DNA of 64,000 nucleotides. Origin: Zootoca vivipara. Lineage: Eukaryota. Position 1 is the first letter of the stretch; each line of letters opens with the position of its first letter. A model generated the notes under the pieces. The model was given only the letters and a program-made list of their open reading frames with translations. It searched no databases and was not told the origin of the DNA. This document shows, piece after piece, positions 1 through 13,102 of this stretch. A program made the position numbers and the translations under genes. Location of the stretch: NCBI RefSeq assembly GCF_963506605.1, contig NC_083279.1:88164001-88228000 (forward strand), written 5' to 3'.

Positions 1-520
1 TCAATAGGCCCAATTTGAAGGATTGGACATGATGTTTAGGCACTTCTTATTCCTGCACTCTATACAAGGCCAGCCTTCCCCAACCAGTTCCCTTCCAGAT
101 GTTCTTGGAATCCACCATGGGCAACCACCAGGAATTCCAGGAGTTGTAGAGGACAGCCATGTTGGAGAGATCTAAGAAAGGTGCTTCAGAAACGGTATTG
201 GTTCCTGAATGACCCAGAGACTTAGAGTGTGAAATGGAGGGTTCTGATGAGGATGAGGGTCCGGCCACTCCCTTTGGATCGAGTACACAGCCCTGTCACC
301 ATTCTCTGACTCAGAGGATGAGACTCCTGTAGAACCTTTGTCGCTCCAGCCTTGCAGAGATCCAAGGATATAAAATAAGGTGAGAGATCTTTTCCCAGCA
401 AGCCAGCTACGTCAATGAGGACAATAGTCTGAGTTTTGTCAGCTGGCATAAGCATTTGGTTGGCTCTAGCTCCCTGTAGTGCTAATTTGGGAAGTATTGT
501 CCTCACTCTGAATAGGCTTA

Positions 521-770
521 CAGTCGTACCTTGGAAGTCGAACAGAAACTGTTCCAGAAGTCCATCCGACTTCCAAAACGTTCGGAAACCAAAGCGCAGC
601 TTCTGGTTGGCTACAGGAAACTCCTGCAGCCAGTCAGAAGCTGCTGAAACCCCATCGGACATTCGGCTTCCAAAAATAGTTCATAAACCGGAACACTCAC
701 TTCTGGGTTTGCAGCGTTCGGGAGCCAAAACGTTCAAGAACCAAGCTGTTTGAAAACCAAGGTACAACTG
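521..770. mobile_element. Tigger/pogo-like (Tc1-mariner) MITE
   Basis: TIRs CAGTCGTACCTTGG / CCAAGGTACAACTG, TA duplication on both sides. Confidence 0.85.
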
Positions 771-933
771 TAATTATCTTTCTAGGCAATCTTGCGTGCC
801 TCACTCTAAATAGGCTTAATTGTCTTTCTAGGCAATTTTGTTTGCATACACAGAAAGATCTCTGAAGCTTTGCAATGCTGCTGAAAAATTACAACTCTCA
901 TTCCCCTCTTTACTTGCTCCTAAGTTTTTTACC

Positions 934-1096
934 TAAGTTTCCGTGTGCTGCTCTGGTTCGCCAGAAGCGGCTTTGTCGTGCTGGCCACATGACCTGGAAG
1001 CTGTACGTCGGCTCCCTCGGTCAATAACGCAAGATGAGCGCTGCAACCCCAGAGTCGGTCACGACTGGACCTAATGGTCAGGGGACCATTTATCTT
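934..1096 (+). mobile_element. Sauria SINE, 5'-truncated
   Basis: Matches the 3' half of the copy at 6264-6617; 13-bp TSD TAAGTTTTTTACC. Confidence 0.85.
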
Positions 1097-1207
1097 TAAG
1101 TTTTTTACCACCTTGAGCCACCATAGGAATTTTGGCCTAGTTTTCAAATTTTCAGATCTATCTAGCGCTAAGTCACAACACAGACATTTTGAGAATCATC
1201 ATAAGAA

Positions 1208-1350
1208 GCATGACTAGCTCAGTTGGTTAGAGCGTGGTGCTGATAATGCCAAGGTTGCAGGTTCGATCCCTGTAAAGGGACAGCTGCATATTCCTGCATT
1301 GTGTAGGGGGTTGAAATAGATGATCCTCAGGGTCCCTTCCAACCATACAA
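1208..1350 (+). mobile_element. tRNA-Ile-derived SINE with CR1-like 3' tail
   Basis: Head TAGCTCAGTTGGTTAGAGCGTGGTGCTGATAATGCCAAGGTTGCAGGTTCGATCCC (A and B boxes) followed by GGGGGTTG..TAGATGATCCTCAGGGTCCCTTCCAAC, similar to CR1 3' ends. Confidence 0.8.
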
Positions 1351-2232
1351 CTGCATTTTGTTTCCTCCTCTTTCCTGGAATTTAATGGCCCATAGTATTG
1401 ATACTGCTGAATGGAGCCGGAGCAACATTCTAAATTTTATTGTGAAAAGCTTTTGCGGGGAGGTTATATCCCATTATCTCTGTACAAGTCGGCACACTGA
1501 TAACATAATACCGAGCAAAGTGATTTTCTGGATATTAAGAAGATTATTTGGATAGGTCAATATTTTTATCTAACGATACAGAGTTTCCCCAAACTTTATC
1601 AAGGACGGATATAGGTTATCTGGGTCCCATTTTTATGATGAAATGTCAAATGATGAATTGTTGGTTCCTTGCAGGTGCTGCCAATAAGGGATTTGCCAAA
1701 TTGGCAGAGAAAGAAGAAAGTAGGCTCAGGAGCTCTGATGTCTACGGAAAAGGTTGTAATCCTGACTTCTAGTACAGTAAATGTCTTGTTCACCCCGACT
1801 ATGACACCGTTTCAAATACGTACCAGATTGACGTGCAACAAGCAGGTTTCTGAGCCTTCAAGATGATGCTCTGACTATTGCAGTAATGTGCCCTAGAAGC
1901 TTTTTTTCCTTTAATACTGAGAGGTTCCTGTTCAAATAAAGAGTCGCAACTAGATGAGCAAGATACTGTGCAATTAATCCACCTACAGATAATGATACAA
2001 GATGACTGCACGGCCATGATAAAAGATTACTGTCTCCATTATACTGCTTGAAAGATACCGCTTGAAAGAAACGATAAAAGATTCTCATCTGTACTATATA
2101 CTGCTTACCGGTGTCTGTGTTTTTTATGTACAACCTTGCCCACTGCAGATAAGCATGTGGTGTGCAGCAGCAATTTAAACTGCAGACTGTGAAAATACTC
2201 CCCCCCCACCCCACCCCCGGTGGCTCTCCACA

Positions 2233-2373
2233 TCAGGATTTCCCAAACTTGTGTCCCTAGCTGTTTTTGGACTACAATTCCCACCATCCCTGCCTGGGCA
2301 GTGGCCCTGCTAGCTAGGGATGATGGGAGTTGTAGTCCCAAAACAGTGGGAGACCCAAGTTTGGGAATCCCTG
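2233..2373. mobile_element. hAT-type MITE inserted in an older related MITE
   Basis: TIRs CAGGATTTCCCAAACTT / AAGTTTGGGAATCCCTG, internal GGACTACA..TGTAGTCC palindrome, degenerate 8-bp TSD CTCCACAT/CTCTAGAT. Confidence 0.7.
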
Positions 2374-2937
2374 CTCTAGATGCTGCTGAACTACAGTTCC
2401 CATGATGTCGGTCAACAGACCATATTGCCTGGGGTTGCTGGGAGTTATAGTTCAGCAACATTTGAAAGGACACAGGGCAACTATTGCTGGAATAAAGGAA
2501 CAGGTTTTACACATTCCTGCTTCCTGGGAATGTGTAGTATATACGACATATATTTTAGTACATAAAATATATGTAGTACGGTATATATTGCCCAGCGCAA
2601 CTACTCATACCAAACCTTCACTTCTTGTGTAAACATGGGCATTAAAGTTCCCAAGCCGCCATTTTAACCGTTCAGCACCCATCAACAGGGTGTTGCAACT
2701 TTTTTAAGCACAAAGGGTACCTAAAGTGAATGACAGGCTGTCACTGGCCACAACATTTTGCTAAGGCTACAGATGAAATCAGAAGTCCGTGAGTCTTCTG
2801 GCTGGTCCAAGAGGAGAGGGAAGTGAAAGCAGAACCTTAAATAGAGACCAAATGCAGGAGAATTCATAGCGGAAGGCAAGAGATTGTTAAATATTCTCAT
2901 TCAGTTAAATTAATTCTCTCTTAAGCTTTTTTTACAA

Positions 2938-3207
2938 ACTGGAAGGACAGATCGTGAAGCTGAGGCTCCAATACTTTGGCCACCTCATGAGAAGAGAAGA
3001 ATCCTTGGAAAAGACCCTGATGTTGGGAAAGATTGAGGGCACTAGGAGAAGGGGACGACAGAGGACGAGATGGTTGGACAGTGTTCTCGAAGCTACGAAC
3101 ATGAGTTTGACCAAACTGCGGGAGGCAGTGCAAGACAGGAGTGCCTGGCGTGCTATGGTCCATGGGGTCACAAAGAGTCGGACACGACTAAATGACTAAA
3201 CAACAAC
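2938..3207 (+). mobile_element. BovB (RTE clade) LINE 3' fragment
   Basis: Encodes KLRLQYFGHLMRREESLEKTLMLGKIEG...VHGVTKSRTRLND (BovB ORF C-terminus); (CAA)n tail. Confidence 0.92.
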
Positions 3208-3920
3208 GCACACAATGTAAACAAGATCACTGTATCCCCCCTGGAAATTACCTTTTTTAATGTTTGGGTAAATAAATGGGCTAATTTTGAAATCCTAGAA
3301 AACCCAGTAAATGGTTTTGTTTGTTTAAAAAAGCAAAAGCCAAGCAGGAAAAGGGCTTTGTAAATAATCCTGGCCTTCAAAGGATGGCACTTCTATCCAC
3401 TAAGACCAAAAAACTGTGAAGGGAGAGCGCTTAAGGACATAATTGCCGTTAAGTGGAAATGAACACGCTAATGCGAACACCTAATTTGCAGTAATCATGA
3501 GAATGAACCCTAAGTGTTAGCAGAATGAAACTATGGACCAGACACGCAACATTTGCAGAGGCAGAAAGTAATAGCTACTGGATAGCATCAGAATATGGCC
3601 GTAGGAATTCCAAGGTGATACCTATTCAAACACACCTTTTGAACATCTCTGGGGAGCATGTCCACAACTGAGGTCCTGCTGCCAGGTGAGAAAGCCATCT
3701 CTCGGGTAGCCTCACCTAAGATGGGACATCCAGAAGGGTGTAGTAGTGTTACAGTGTGTTTCTGTCCTTACAGATTCAGGGCCCATAGTTAACATCACCT
3801 TCCAACATGGAGTACTCTCTCCCCACTCTTTAAATTTCGAAAGGATTTATTAGTCTTCTTCCTTCCTTGTTTTGGATGCAGATGCAAAGGAGGAGAGTTC
3901 TCCTACATATAACAGCTGTA

Positions 3921-4094
3921 CAATGGTACCTCGGGTTACAGACGCTTCAGGTTACAAACTCCACTAACCCAGAAATAGTACCTCAGGTTAAGAACTTTGC
4001 CTCAGGCGGTGGGAAGCCCCATTAGCGAAAGTGGTACCTCAGGTAAAGAACGGACCTCCAGAACGAATTAAGTTCTTAACCCGAGGTACCACTG
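3921..4094. mobile_element. Tigger/pogo-like MITE
   Basis: TIRs CAATGGTACCTCGGGTTA / TAACCCGAGGTACCACTG, TA TSD. Confidence 0.85.
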
Positions 4095-4701
4095 TATTGG
4101 GAAGAACACTTTGGCTGGTGCAGATTGCCATTTAGGTTTTTGAGGAGAGAACTCCCATCTAAAAACAATCCTTGTATGTGTATCATTCCCTGTCTCTTTC
4201 ACTTCTCTTAAAAATAAAATGAAACTTAATTGTCTAGTGAAAGACCAATGGCTAGGTCCACATTGCAACTGTGAACTATCATCCACTATCCCGTTCAGCC
4301 TCCTAGTCCCTGATACCTCAGAGATATGCATGCTCAAAATACCTCAAAAAACAATTTTTTATTTGTACCCTGCCCTCTCCGGCCGGAGCCACGCTCAGAG
4401 CGGCTAACATCATAAAACTTACAATAAAAGATGCCTTCTTCATTATGGCTCCTTCACACAAATACTGCTATCAGCCAAAGCAATGACTTAGCATCCCCAC
4501 TGAGATGCCGCCTTTGAAAAGGAAGGCTACACAGGTAATGTATTTTTAGCTGCAAATCTTTCTTCCTTTTGTGTGTCACCAAATATGTCCCTGAACATTT
4601 GAATACCGGGTGACTGGACGTAAGTAATGAATTGTATTGCTTAGCGCTGCTATAATGCTGCTTCGAAATATTTCATAGTAGGCATTGTCATCATGGTAAT
4701 C

Positions 4702-5225
4702 TGTCACCACCCTGGGGGTCTGAGTCCTCACCTTTCACCAGAGTTTTGGAGAAAATACCAAAGCGGGAGAGGGATTTGCCCTCCAGGCCAGCCCTAGATT
4801 ACTCCAGTGCCCTAGAAGCCCCAGTGAAAGAGAGACCTGCTTTTCCAGCCCTTATCCAGCCCAAGGTCAGTTTACAGTCCAGGTACTCAAGCAAAGCTTG
4901 AGCCTCTTTGTGGGACTCTCCAGCCGGACCTTCACACAGAGCTATCAAGGGTGCTTTGCCTGTACTGCGACTTACCAGAACCCCGGCCTCTTGAGTTGCT
5001 TGGACATTGCCTGTCCAGAACCTGAGCTTTGTGATACTGGACCCAGATCCTGTTTTTGTCTAACTTTATCTTGTCAGAACCTGAAAATGTGCTTGACTCT
5101 GCCTTATGGAACTTGAACTTTGATTTGCTTGAGCTTTCCCTTGCTAAACACAGACACACACACACCACACACCAGCGCTTGGGCTAGAACACCATCTGAC
5201 TGAGACCACCACCTGGAACTGAACA
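4702..5225. mobile_element. Solo LTR (probably Gypsy-type) inserted into a MIR-like SINE
   Basis: TGTCA...TGAACA termini with perfect 5-bp TSD TAATC; the flanks rejoin as a MIR-core-like sequence (GTAATCCTTACAGCAAGCTTGTAAAGTAAG...). Confidence 0.7.
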
Positions 5226-6263
5226 TAATCCTTACAGCAAGCTTGTAAAGTAAGTCAATATTATTACTCACATATTATAAATGGGGAGCCGAATGGTTTG
5301 CCTAAGGCCACCTATTGGGCAGAATCTGAACCAGATTTTCCACAGATAACACCTGTAGCCCAGCAAACAGCCCTCTTGTTTAAAGTGCATGTGTTATGTT
5401 GTCGCAATATTATTTCTACTTCTTCCTGGGCACACGCCAAGGGAGCCGGGCTGGAATTCCTTTGCTAGCTCAGAAATGAAACATCAAACAGCACAGGCTT
5501 TAGCAATTCGAGTTCCCTAATGTCATTGTCTTCAAGAACCTGGCCTGAAGCCCTGGAACGGAAATTGCTTAACTTGTGTTAATCCTCATCAGGGGAAGAA
5601 GAAAGATATATCCTTGAACAAGGTTTAGCACAAGGACATCTTCTCCATATCTTTCACTTGATGGGATCACGTCTTTTACGGAGACTACACGAAGCACTTA
5701 ACAAAGACAACACTCTCGCAGAAGCAGCAAAAAGTTATCTAAACTGGGTAAACCCAAGCATGGAATGCATGAGAGGCTGGATGGCACACAGCCTTGCTTT
5801 TTATTTAGACGAATCTGTGTATCCATGACTGGAGCAGAACATACAAGGCATGCCACTACCCCCATAGACCACAGTGCCCATTGCCAGTCTATGTGCATTT
5901 ACAGAAACCCATTTGAATGCTTGGGACAAGAAGGGTGAATGCTATATACTCTCTTGGCCCAATGGAAAAGAGGAAGTATAATTGCTAACTGAGATGAGGT
6001 GGATTGAAAGGACTGCATCCAATGCTGCAGAGAGTTCTGCTCGTACAATGGGATTCCCTCTCCCTCCCCCAAAATCTTTTGGGGAGGGTCTCCCAACCCC
6101 CAGGAGGAGGTTTTGAGGGTGCGCGCTGGGGAGAGTAGCGGAAGGGGGAGTTCTGTCGTGCAAGTGTAAGTCTTGATGTTTTCTGCAAAACCAAGCCACT
6201 GCGCCAACATCTGTTTGAGGCTACGAGGAGGCATAAATTAGCTATGTGTTATGTCAAGAAGTA

Positions 6264-6617
6264 AGGGGAACCAGGTGGCGCTGTGGGTTAAACCACTGAG
6301 CCTAGGGCTTGCTGATCAGAAGGTCGGCGGTTCGAATCCCTGTGACGGGGTGAGCTCCCGTTGCTTGGTCCCAGCTCCTGCCAACCTAGCAGTTCGAAAG
6401 CACGCCAAAGTGCAAGTAGATAAATAGGAACTGCTACAGCGGGAAGGTAAATGGCGTTTCCATGTGCTGCTCTGGTTTGCCAGAAGCGGCTTTGTCATGC
6501 TGGCCACATGACCTGGAAGCTATACGCCGGCTCCCTCGGCCAATAATGTGAGATGAGCGCGCAACCCCAGAGTCGGTCATGACTGGACCTAATGGTCAGG
6601 GGTCCCTTTACCTTTAC
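6264..6617 (+). mobile_element. Sauria SINE, full length
   Basis: tRNA-like head GGTGGCGCTGTGGGTTAAACC...GGTTCGAATCCC, BovB-like 3' part, (ACCTTT) tail, TSD GTCAAGAAGTA. Confidence 0.92.
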
Positions 6618-7739
6618 GTCAAGAAGTACTTTATGGCACCTGCCTTAAATCTACCGGCAATCCATTTCATACTTGTCGTGGGCCAGTCCTACCAATAGGC
6701 AGAGTGAGGTGGTTGCCTCAAGCAGCTGTTTTGGGGAGTGGTGGAAAAGCAGCAAGTTCTTTATTTCATTTTTGTTGTTGTTGCTGTTGTATATTCAACC
6801 TCTCCCGAAGAGCTGCTTGTGGGATTTTCTGCCTCACACACCAAAATAACTTGGCTGACCTCAAAGTACCTCTGCACTGTGACTTGTGGAGAGGGCACCA
6901 ATTACTTTTCCACTAAGTTAGCAAAACGTCTTGGGCCAGACTTGCAGACTGTTGTATCTAAGAATCTTCTGGTCATTCTGCTGTGTTCAATGGCCTTTGG
7001 GTGTGGATGGGCTGCTCCTCATCCTTTTTTACTGTTTTTTTTAAAAAAACCACAAGATGACAAGAGCAAAAAATGTTTTCATTTTGTTTCCAGACTTTGC
7101 TCCTGTCCAGATGAGGACTGGGTGAAGTTTATGCTGTTGACACAGGCGAAGAAATCTAAACAACAGAAATGGAACCCACGAAATAGGTGAGCTAGCGTGG
7201 AAGATTTTTGCGCGCGCACACAGTTTTGGTGATGGCAGAATGCTGACAAGAGGGCTTTTCTGTTCTACACAAAAGAATATTAAAAGTTAAACAATTGCAG
7301 GTCTCCGAGGTGTGGGCTTCAAGTCCTTCTGGGCCACTGGGAAGAGTTAAGAAAGGCTCAAAGAAAACCCAGCAATTCCCAGCTCTAAGAGTTTTTGACA
7401 CTTATTCTACTTTTAGTTATGAAATCTGTATCCTCTCAGTCATGCAAGAAACTCACGAGAAGCATCAAGAAAAGTCTTGACTAACCATCTGCCTGCTAAG
7501 TACATTTTGCACAGAACACTTAGGTCCAAAGGAAATGTGACTTTAAAATGTGTTCCTGCATCCAACATACAGGGTTTTTAACAGGGTTCTTGTATATCCC
7601 AGCAGTCGCTTGAAATAACCGCCAAACTTGGACCCGACAAAACACTGGCCTTGGACTCCTTTAGGAAGAAAGGGGATATAGGTTTAATGAACTGAATATA
7701 CTGGGTATGCTATGATCTATTGTGTGTGTGTGTGTGACA

Positions 7740-7992
7740 CAGGTGGCGCTGTGGTCTAAACCACTGAGCTCCCTTTGCTCTGTCCTAGCAGTTCAAAAGC
7801 ACACCAGTGCAAGTAGATAAATAGGTACCACTGCAGCGGGAAGATGAACGGTGTTTCCGTGCACTCTGGCTTCCGTCATGGTGTCTTGTTGCGCCAGAAG
7901 CAGTTTAGTCATCCTGGCCACATGGCCCAGAAGCTGTATGTGGACAAACATCAGCTCCCTCAGCCTGAAAACGAGATAAGTGCCACAACCCC
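7740..7992 (+). mobile_element. Sauria SINE, older and internally deleted
   Basis: CAGGTGGCGCTGTGGTCTAAACCACTGAGC...GTGCAAGTAGATAAATAGGTACC similarity to other copies. Confidence 0.75.
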
Positions 7993-9477
7993 ACTCTACG
8001 TAAATATAAATATTGTTTTTAATTCTTTTTGTTGGCTTCTTTCAGCACAGAGAAAAAGAAAAATGTGTGCTCTAAAATACAACAAAAAACAAGCGCAAAA
8101 CAACAACATATGTGCCACGGCTTACAAATATGAAATTAACCACTTTCCTCCATCCATTCCAGATCACACAGAAAACTCACAGCCTGTGAACGACTGCAAC
8201 TCTATTTAGAAAAAATCATCGATTTCGCCAAATACTCCAGGCCTGGAGTGTTTGACGTTTTGTAAATGCCCCTTGTGATGTATATGCAATAAAATAAGGG
8301 CATATCATATAAAAAGGAGCCAGGTGTGACATGCCCTTGTACAAGCCTCCTTGATGGCTTATTTTTTTTCCATTATAGCAATACTCCAAAGGGATTGGTA
8401 CCAGCAGTCTACGCCAAGGCCTTGCACCATTTTTCATTGATGACGGGTGCAGTAGTATTGTGCTTTTTCATATCTCCCACCACTTTATCCATATTTCAAA
8501 AAATAAATTACTCTTAACTTACCAGGTTATTGGGGTAACTCCTGCCGAAATAAATGGGGAAATGAAACTGCTGAATGCCTTAAGCTAACTTGGCCGTGTT
8601 CTATCCCAAGCAACCTCTCTAAATAATGTAAGGGTGTGTATGAATCTGTATAATAAATTCTTCGCTTTAAAATGATGCTATACCACTTCAAGAGCACTGG
8701 GGTAGATTTATTTCCTCCTTCCTCTGTTGTGTTGTGTGTGTTTTTTTTGTTGTTGTTCTTAAGTGAGGCAAGCCACACAATGGCAAAGAGGTGGATTAAT
8801 CTGAGGTGTTGTTATGTGCACGGCTGAATGGCCTTCTGCTTCCTTGCAACTTACAACCCTATAATTCTATGATAAAGGGACAGCGAAATTGCCTATCTAA
8901 TGAGAATACCTTCACTGTGCTCTCGGATTCCCCATTCATCAGCCACAGACAGGCTTGTCAAGGTTATATTCCAGGCCAAAGTGATTGTGGCAGTGCAACC
9001 GGGATTCCGCGGCAGAACGCAACTCCCAGTCCACAGCACCACTGTAGATCATTATTTCACACTCCCTGCCTCACCGATTCAAAAATTATTGCAAGATACT
9101 GTCGCCCTCGACCAGTTTCAGCTGACACAGCCTTTTTGCTGTTGTTTTTAATGCAGCCTTCGGTGTTCGCAAATATCCACAGCAGCACTAGCTGGTTCAT
9201 ATCAACAACTAATTTATCATTCTTTCACTAGCTTTCTCTTGGTCTTGAAAACTATTTCACTAGGCTGATTTGCCCCCCAATTTTCCCTCAATTCACCCAT
9301 GAAACTGCTACTGCCACCTTGGGGTGGGATAGGGAGCTAGAATGAGTAAATGGATGGAAGACTCTACTGAAAACGGTCCACATCGGATTATGATTCAGGG
9401 CGTAGCAAACCATTGTTTACAAAGATGGCTATAGCATTTAGGCCAAGGATTCACTCCTGCCCAGCCTCCGCTCTCAC

Positions 9478-10040
9478 TAGGGCTGGACAATATCTGGTTT
9501 TCAACATCGTGATATTTTGTTTAGTCGTTTAGTCGTGTCCGACTCTTCGTGACCCCATGGACCATAGCACACCAGGCACTCCTGTCTTGCACTGCCTCCC
9601 GCAGTTTGGTCAAACTCATGTTCGTAGCTTCGAGAACTGATTTCCTTCAGAATGGATAGGTTTGATCTTCTTGCAGTCCATGGGACTCCTCCAGCGCTGC
9701 CTCCCGCAGTTTGGTCAAACTCGTGTTCGTAGCTTCGAGAACACTGTCCAACCATCTCGTCCTCTGCCGTCCCCTTCTCCTAGTGCCCTCAATCTTTCCC
9801 AACATCAGGGTCTTTCCCAACATCAGGGTCTTTTTGATATATCACCAGCTAAACATCTCGATAAACCAATATATCACAATGTCTGAAATAAGGAAGGAGC
9901 TATGTAGAGGCATTGGCTGGCTTCGTAGTTTTTCCAACATTGTGATTTTTGCATAGCACACACACACATTATGAAACCGGTATCACGATACGGACTTCAA
10001 ACCTGTTTTGGACAATATATTGATATATCGCCCAACCCTG
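9478..10040. mobile_element. hAT-type MITE (TAGGGCTG TIR family) interrupted by BovB
   Basis: TIRs TAGGGCTGGACAATAT / ATATCGCCCAACCCTG, 8-bp TSD GCTCTCAC/ACTCTCAC; second copy in opposite orientation at 34126-34739, partial third at ~13125-13206. Confidence 0.8.
9518..9834 (-). mobile_element. Rearranged BovB 3' fragment
   Basis: GTTTAGTCGTTTAGTCGTGTCCGACTC end; contains an internal deletion and duplicated segments. Confidence 0.9.
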
Positions 10041-10999
10041 ACTCTCACCTCTCAAGTCAACTGTACTTTGACTGCAAAGGCTTCCAAAGTTGACTTGCTC
10101 ATCCTGCTCTCCATACTTATTCTTCTCATCCCAAATAAACTCTACTCTTTTCTCCCAGCAGCAAGATTCACAAGTTTTCCCCAAAGCAGGGGTTTCTGGT
10201 GGGGGACACATACAAGACTTGAGGCGAGAAGGGTGTGCCACAAAAGGGAGAGATGTGGGGAATATGCTGTACAATATTAAGCCATCCCTTTTCCTACTTA
10301 ACTGCATTTTATCGCATCTAGAAACAGCCCAGAGATAGATCGATGTTTTTGTGATTAGGTTATTATGCTAACTCGATTTATTTAGTAGAATATTAACAGG
10401 AAAAGGGATTCACCTTCTTAAGAGGGCAATGAGATAAGCACACTGGTGGTTCTGTTAAAGAGCCACACTTTCAAAAATTGACAAAGGATTTTAGGCTCCT
10501 TCAGGGAAGTACAAGAGGACTTTGCTCCAGGCCCATTCCTGTTCTTTTTTTAAAAAAAAATCATTAAAATTTCTACCTTGCCTCTTGTGACTTACAAATG
10601 AATAAACAAGAACAACTGCAATGCAAAACGGTAAAACATGCAAGGCCATTTTAACACAAGTCTTAAAAACAAACTGATAGAGCAAGCAGTTCTAAAAATT
10701 AATTTTCAGTTCTGAAATCGAGCATCTGTCAGCCCAAAAGACGCCTTAATGATTTCCTCCACCACCAGTTTGAAGAATGACACGTGGAGGACACAGTGAT
10801 GTGAAAGGAAAATGGCCAGTAACGTCTTCTGCACATCCCATTGAAATGAATGGGAACTGAACGGGGACATGTTAAAAGCAATAAAAAAACCAGCTAGTCC
10901 AGAATTCTGCTTCCCACAAAGATACATCTGGGAAGGTCAGAAACAGAGTTTGAAGGGGATAGCTCTAATTCATGTTCTGCAGCAACATATTCAGATATA

Positions 11000-11308
11000 A
11001 AAAGGTAAAGGGACCCCTGACCATTAGGTCCAGTCGTGACCGACTCTGGGGAGCTTCCGGGTCATGTGGCCAGCATGACAAAGCCGCTTCTGGTGAACCA
11101 GAGCAGCGCACGGAAACGGTGTTTACCTTCCCGCTTTGAGCAGTACCTATTTATCTACTTGCACTTTGAGGTGCTTTCAAATTGCTAGGTTGGCAGGAGC
11201 TGGGACCAAGCAACGGGAGTTCACCCCATCGCAGGGATTCAAACCGCCGACCTTCTGATCAGCAAGCCCTAGGCTCTGTGGTTTAACCCACAGCGCCACC
11301 TGCGTCCC
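11000..11308 (-). mobile_element. Sauria SINE with small internal deletion
   Basis: Reverse complement of 6264-6617; 12-bp TSD TATTCAGATATA. Confidence 0.92.
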
Positions 11309-12905
11309 TATTCAGATATACACTACCTCTGAATGTGGAGTTTCCATTTAGGTGTCACACCAAATAGCCACTAGCAATTAGAACCTTTGAACTGCTCCTG
11401 TTCATGGCTACAACAAACAGTGTTGGAAGGACAATGGACAAAAAAAGCCTATAAACCATGAGTTTTGTCTTCTTGGTCACACACCAGCATGACCAAGAAA
11501 GTTTCTTAAAACTGAAAACCAGTGGGCATGGTTTTGAGTGGAGAGGAAGCTCAGGTGTCTTAATTCTTTCCTTGCCAGTGATTATTCTGCTTAATGTCAG
11601 TAACCCAAACTCTCTTTTTTTCTCCTTTAAATTTCCAGATGTGCCTTTATTCTTGTAAGCATGCATCTGTAAAGGGAGCTGGGGCAAAGGGGAGGATTTG
11701 GAGAGGGGAAATGGCCTATCATGGAAGGACTAAGCACCTCCCCTCCCTGTACAGTCAAAAGCACGTCCTTTCAAGAACTTTTTCTTTGAAAAAGCAACTA
11801 CCATGGCTTTCTTACACATGTTTGTAGGTAACATGACACTTTACCCTCAAAATAAATTGTTAATGGGTTGTAAAACTAGGCTCTTCCACCCTCTACTCTT
11901 TTCTAGGTGCAACCGCTGGCATGGGTTTTTAATAATAATACATAGTTGTGAGACAGTCTCCATAAATCAATTAATTTTGCAATTCTATCAGTTCCACAGA
12001 GCTAATGGTTTTCTTCCTTTTATTTGCAAAGGACAGATAACTTACTCAATCGCCAATTTGTTGTTGTTGCTTTTTAATCACACACTTATTTTGTACAGTA
12101 CAGAACGGGATGCGCTTTGCTGAAATTTTGCCAAGAGTTTAAGCACAGAGGTGCTTCTTATGTAGCACAGAACATGTTCCCAACACTTTTAAAAACAATT
12201 ATGATACACTAAAGTCAACAGTACAGGTCTTGGTGGGATGAACCCAGCAATGCTTTCAGGGTCAAGACTTGCCTTACTTTCCCTTTCATTCAAACAAAGA
12301 GCCATACAACAGTCCAGGGAAATTCCCTAGCCAGAAAAAGATGTTGGGGGCGGGGGGGGGGGCAGAGACGTGTTCAGACAATATTGATCGGTTTATACTT
12401 AGCTGGCAGAAGGGCTAAATGACTCAATCCAATGTATTGTGTCAAAAGGAAAATAGATGTTCTTAACATGGGGAGGTTTCTAGAGTGCGCTCTTAGCCAC
12501 TCAATTCCATTTATTGCTCGTGTCAAAAGTTAACACTTGAGCACTACTCGTGTTACAAAAGGAAATCAGATGTTAAGCAAAGTTAAAGTGAGCCAGGATA
12601 GTAGCAGCAGCAGCAGTAACAACGGCACAGGTATCAGTATAAAGGAGAGACAGGGTGGGGATGGTAATGAAAGTCAGCTGAGCCTTATACGAATGGTCCA
12701 AGGTTCTTGTATTATTTGTTTGTTTTGCTTTTTTATAATCCGCCCTTTTATTAAAAATAATAATAATCAAGGCAGTTTAAAATGTACAAGAATAAAACCA
12801 ATGAACTTTTTTTAAAAAAATAACAACAACAGTATTTCAAGGTGCTTTAAAGCACATGAGAATAAAAACCAACCAGGTATCCATAAAATCATCAATAAAT
12901 GTATA

Positions 12906-13102
12906 CAGTCGTACCTCGGCTCCCGAATGCCTTGGGAGTCGAATGTTCTGGCTCCTGAACGATCGAAAACCGGAAGTGAGTGTTCTGGTTTTCGAAGGTT
13001 CTTTTGGAAGCCGAATGTCTGCCATGGCTTCCGAACGTTTTGGAAGTTTGGAAGTTGAACGGACTTCCGGAATGGATTCCGTTTGACTTCCAAGGTTTAC
13101 TG
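12906..13102. mobile_element. Tigger/pogo-like MITE
   Basis: TA|CAGTCGTACCTCGG start; homologous to 521-770 in the opposite orientation. Confidence 0.8.

Noticed and set aside
144-893. Solo LTR around the first Tigger-like MITE
   Set aside because: TG..CA ends can be drawn and the composition is LTR-like, but there is no TSD and the termini coincide with MITE core motifs; not supportable.
1208-1282. Functional tRNA-Ile gene
   Set aside because: Acceptor stem does not pair, no T-run terminator follows, and it is fused to a CR1-like tail; it is a SINE.
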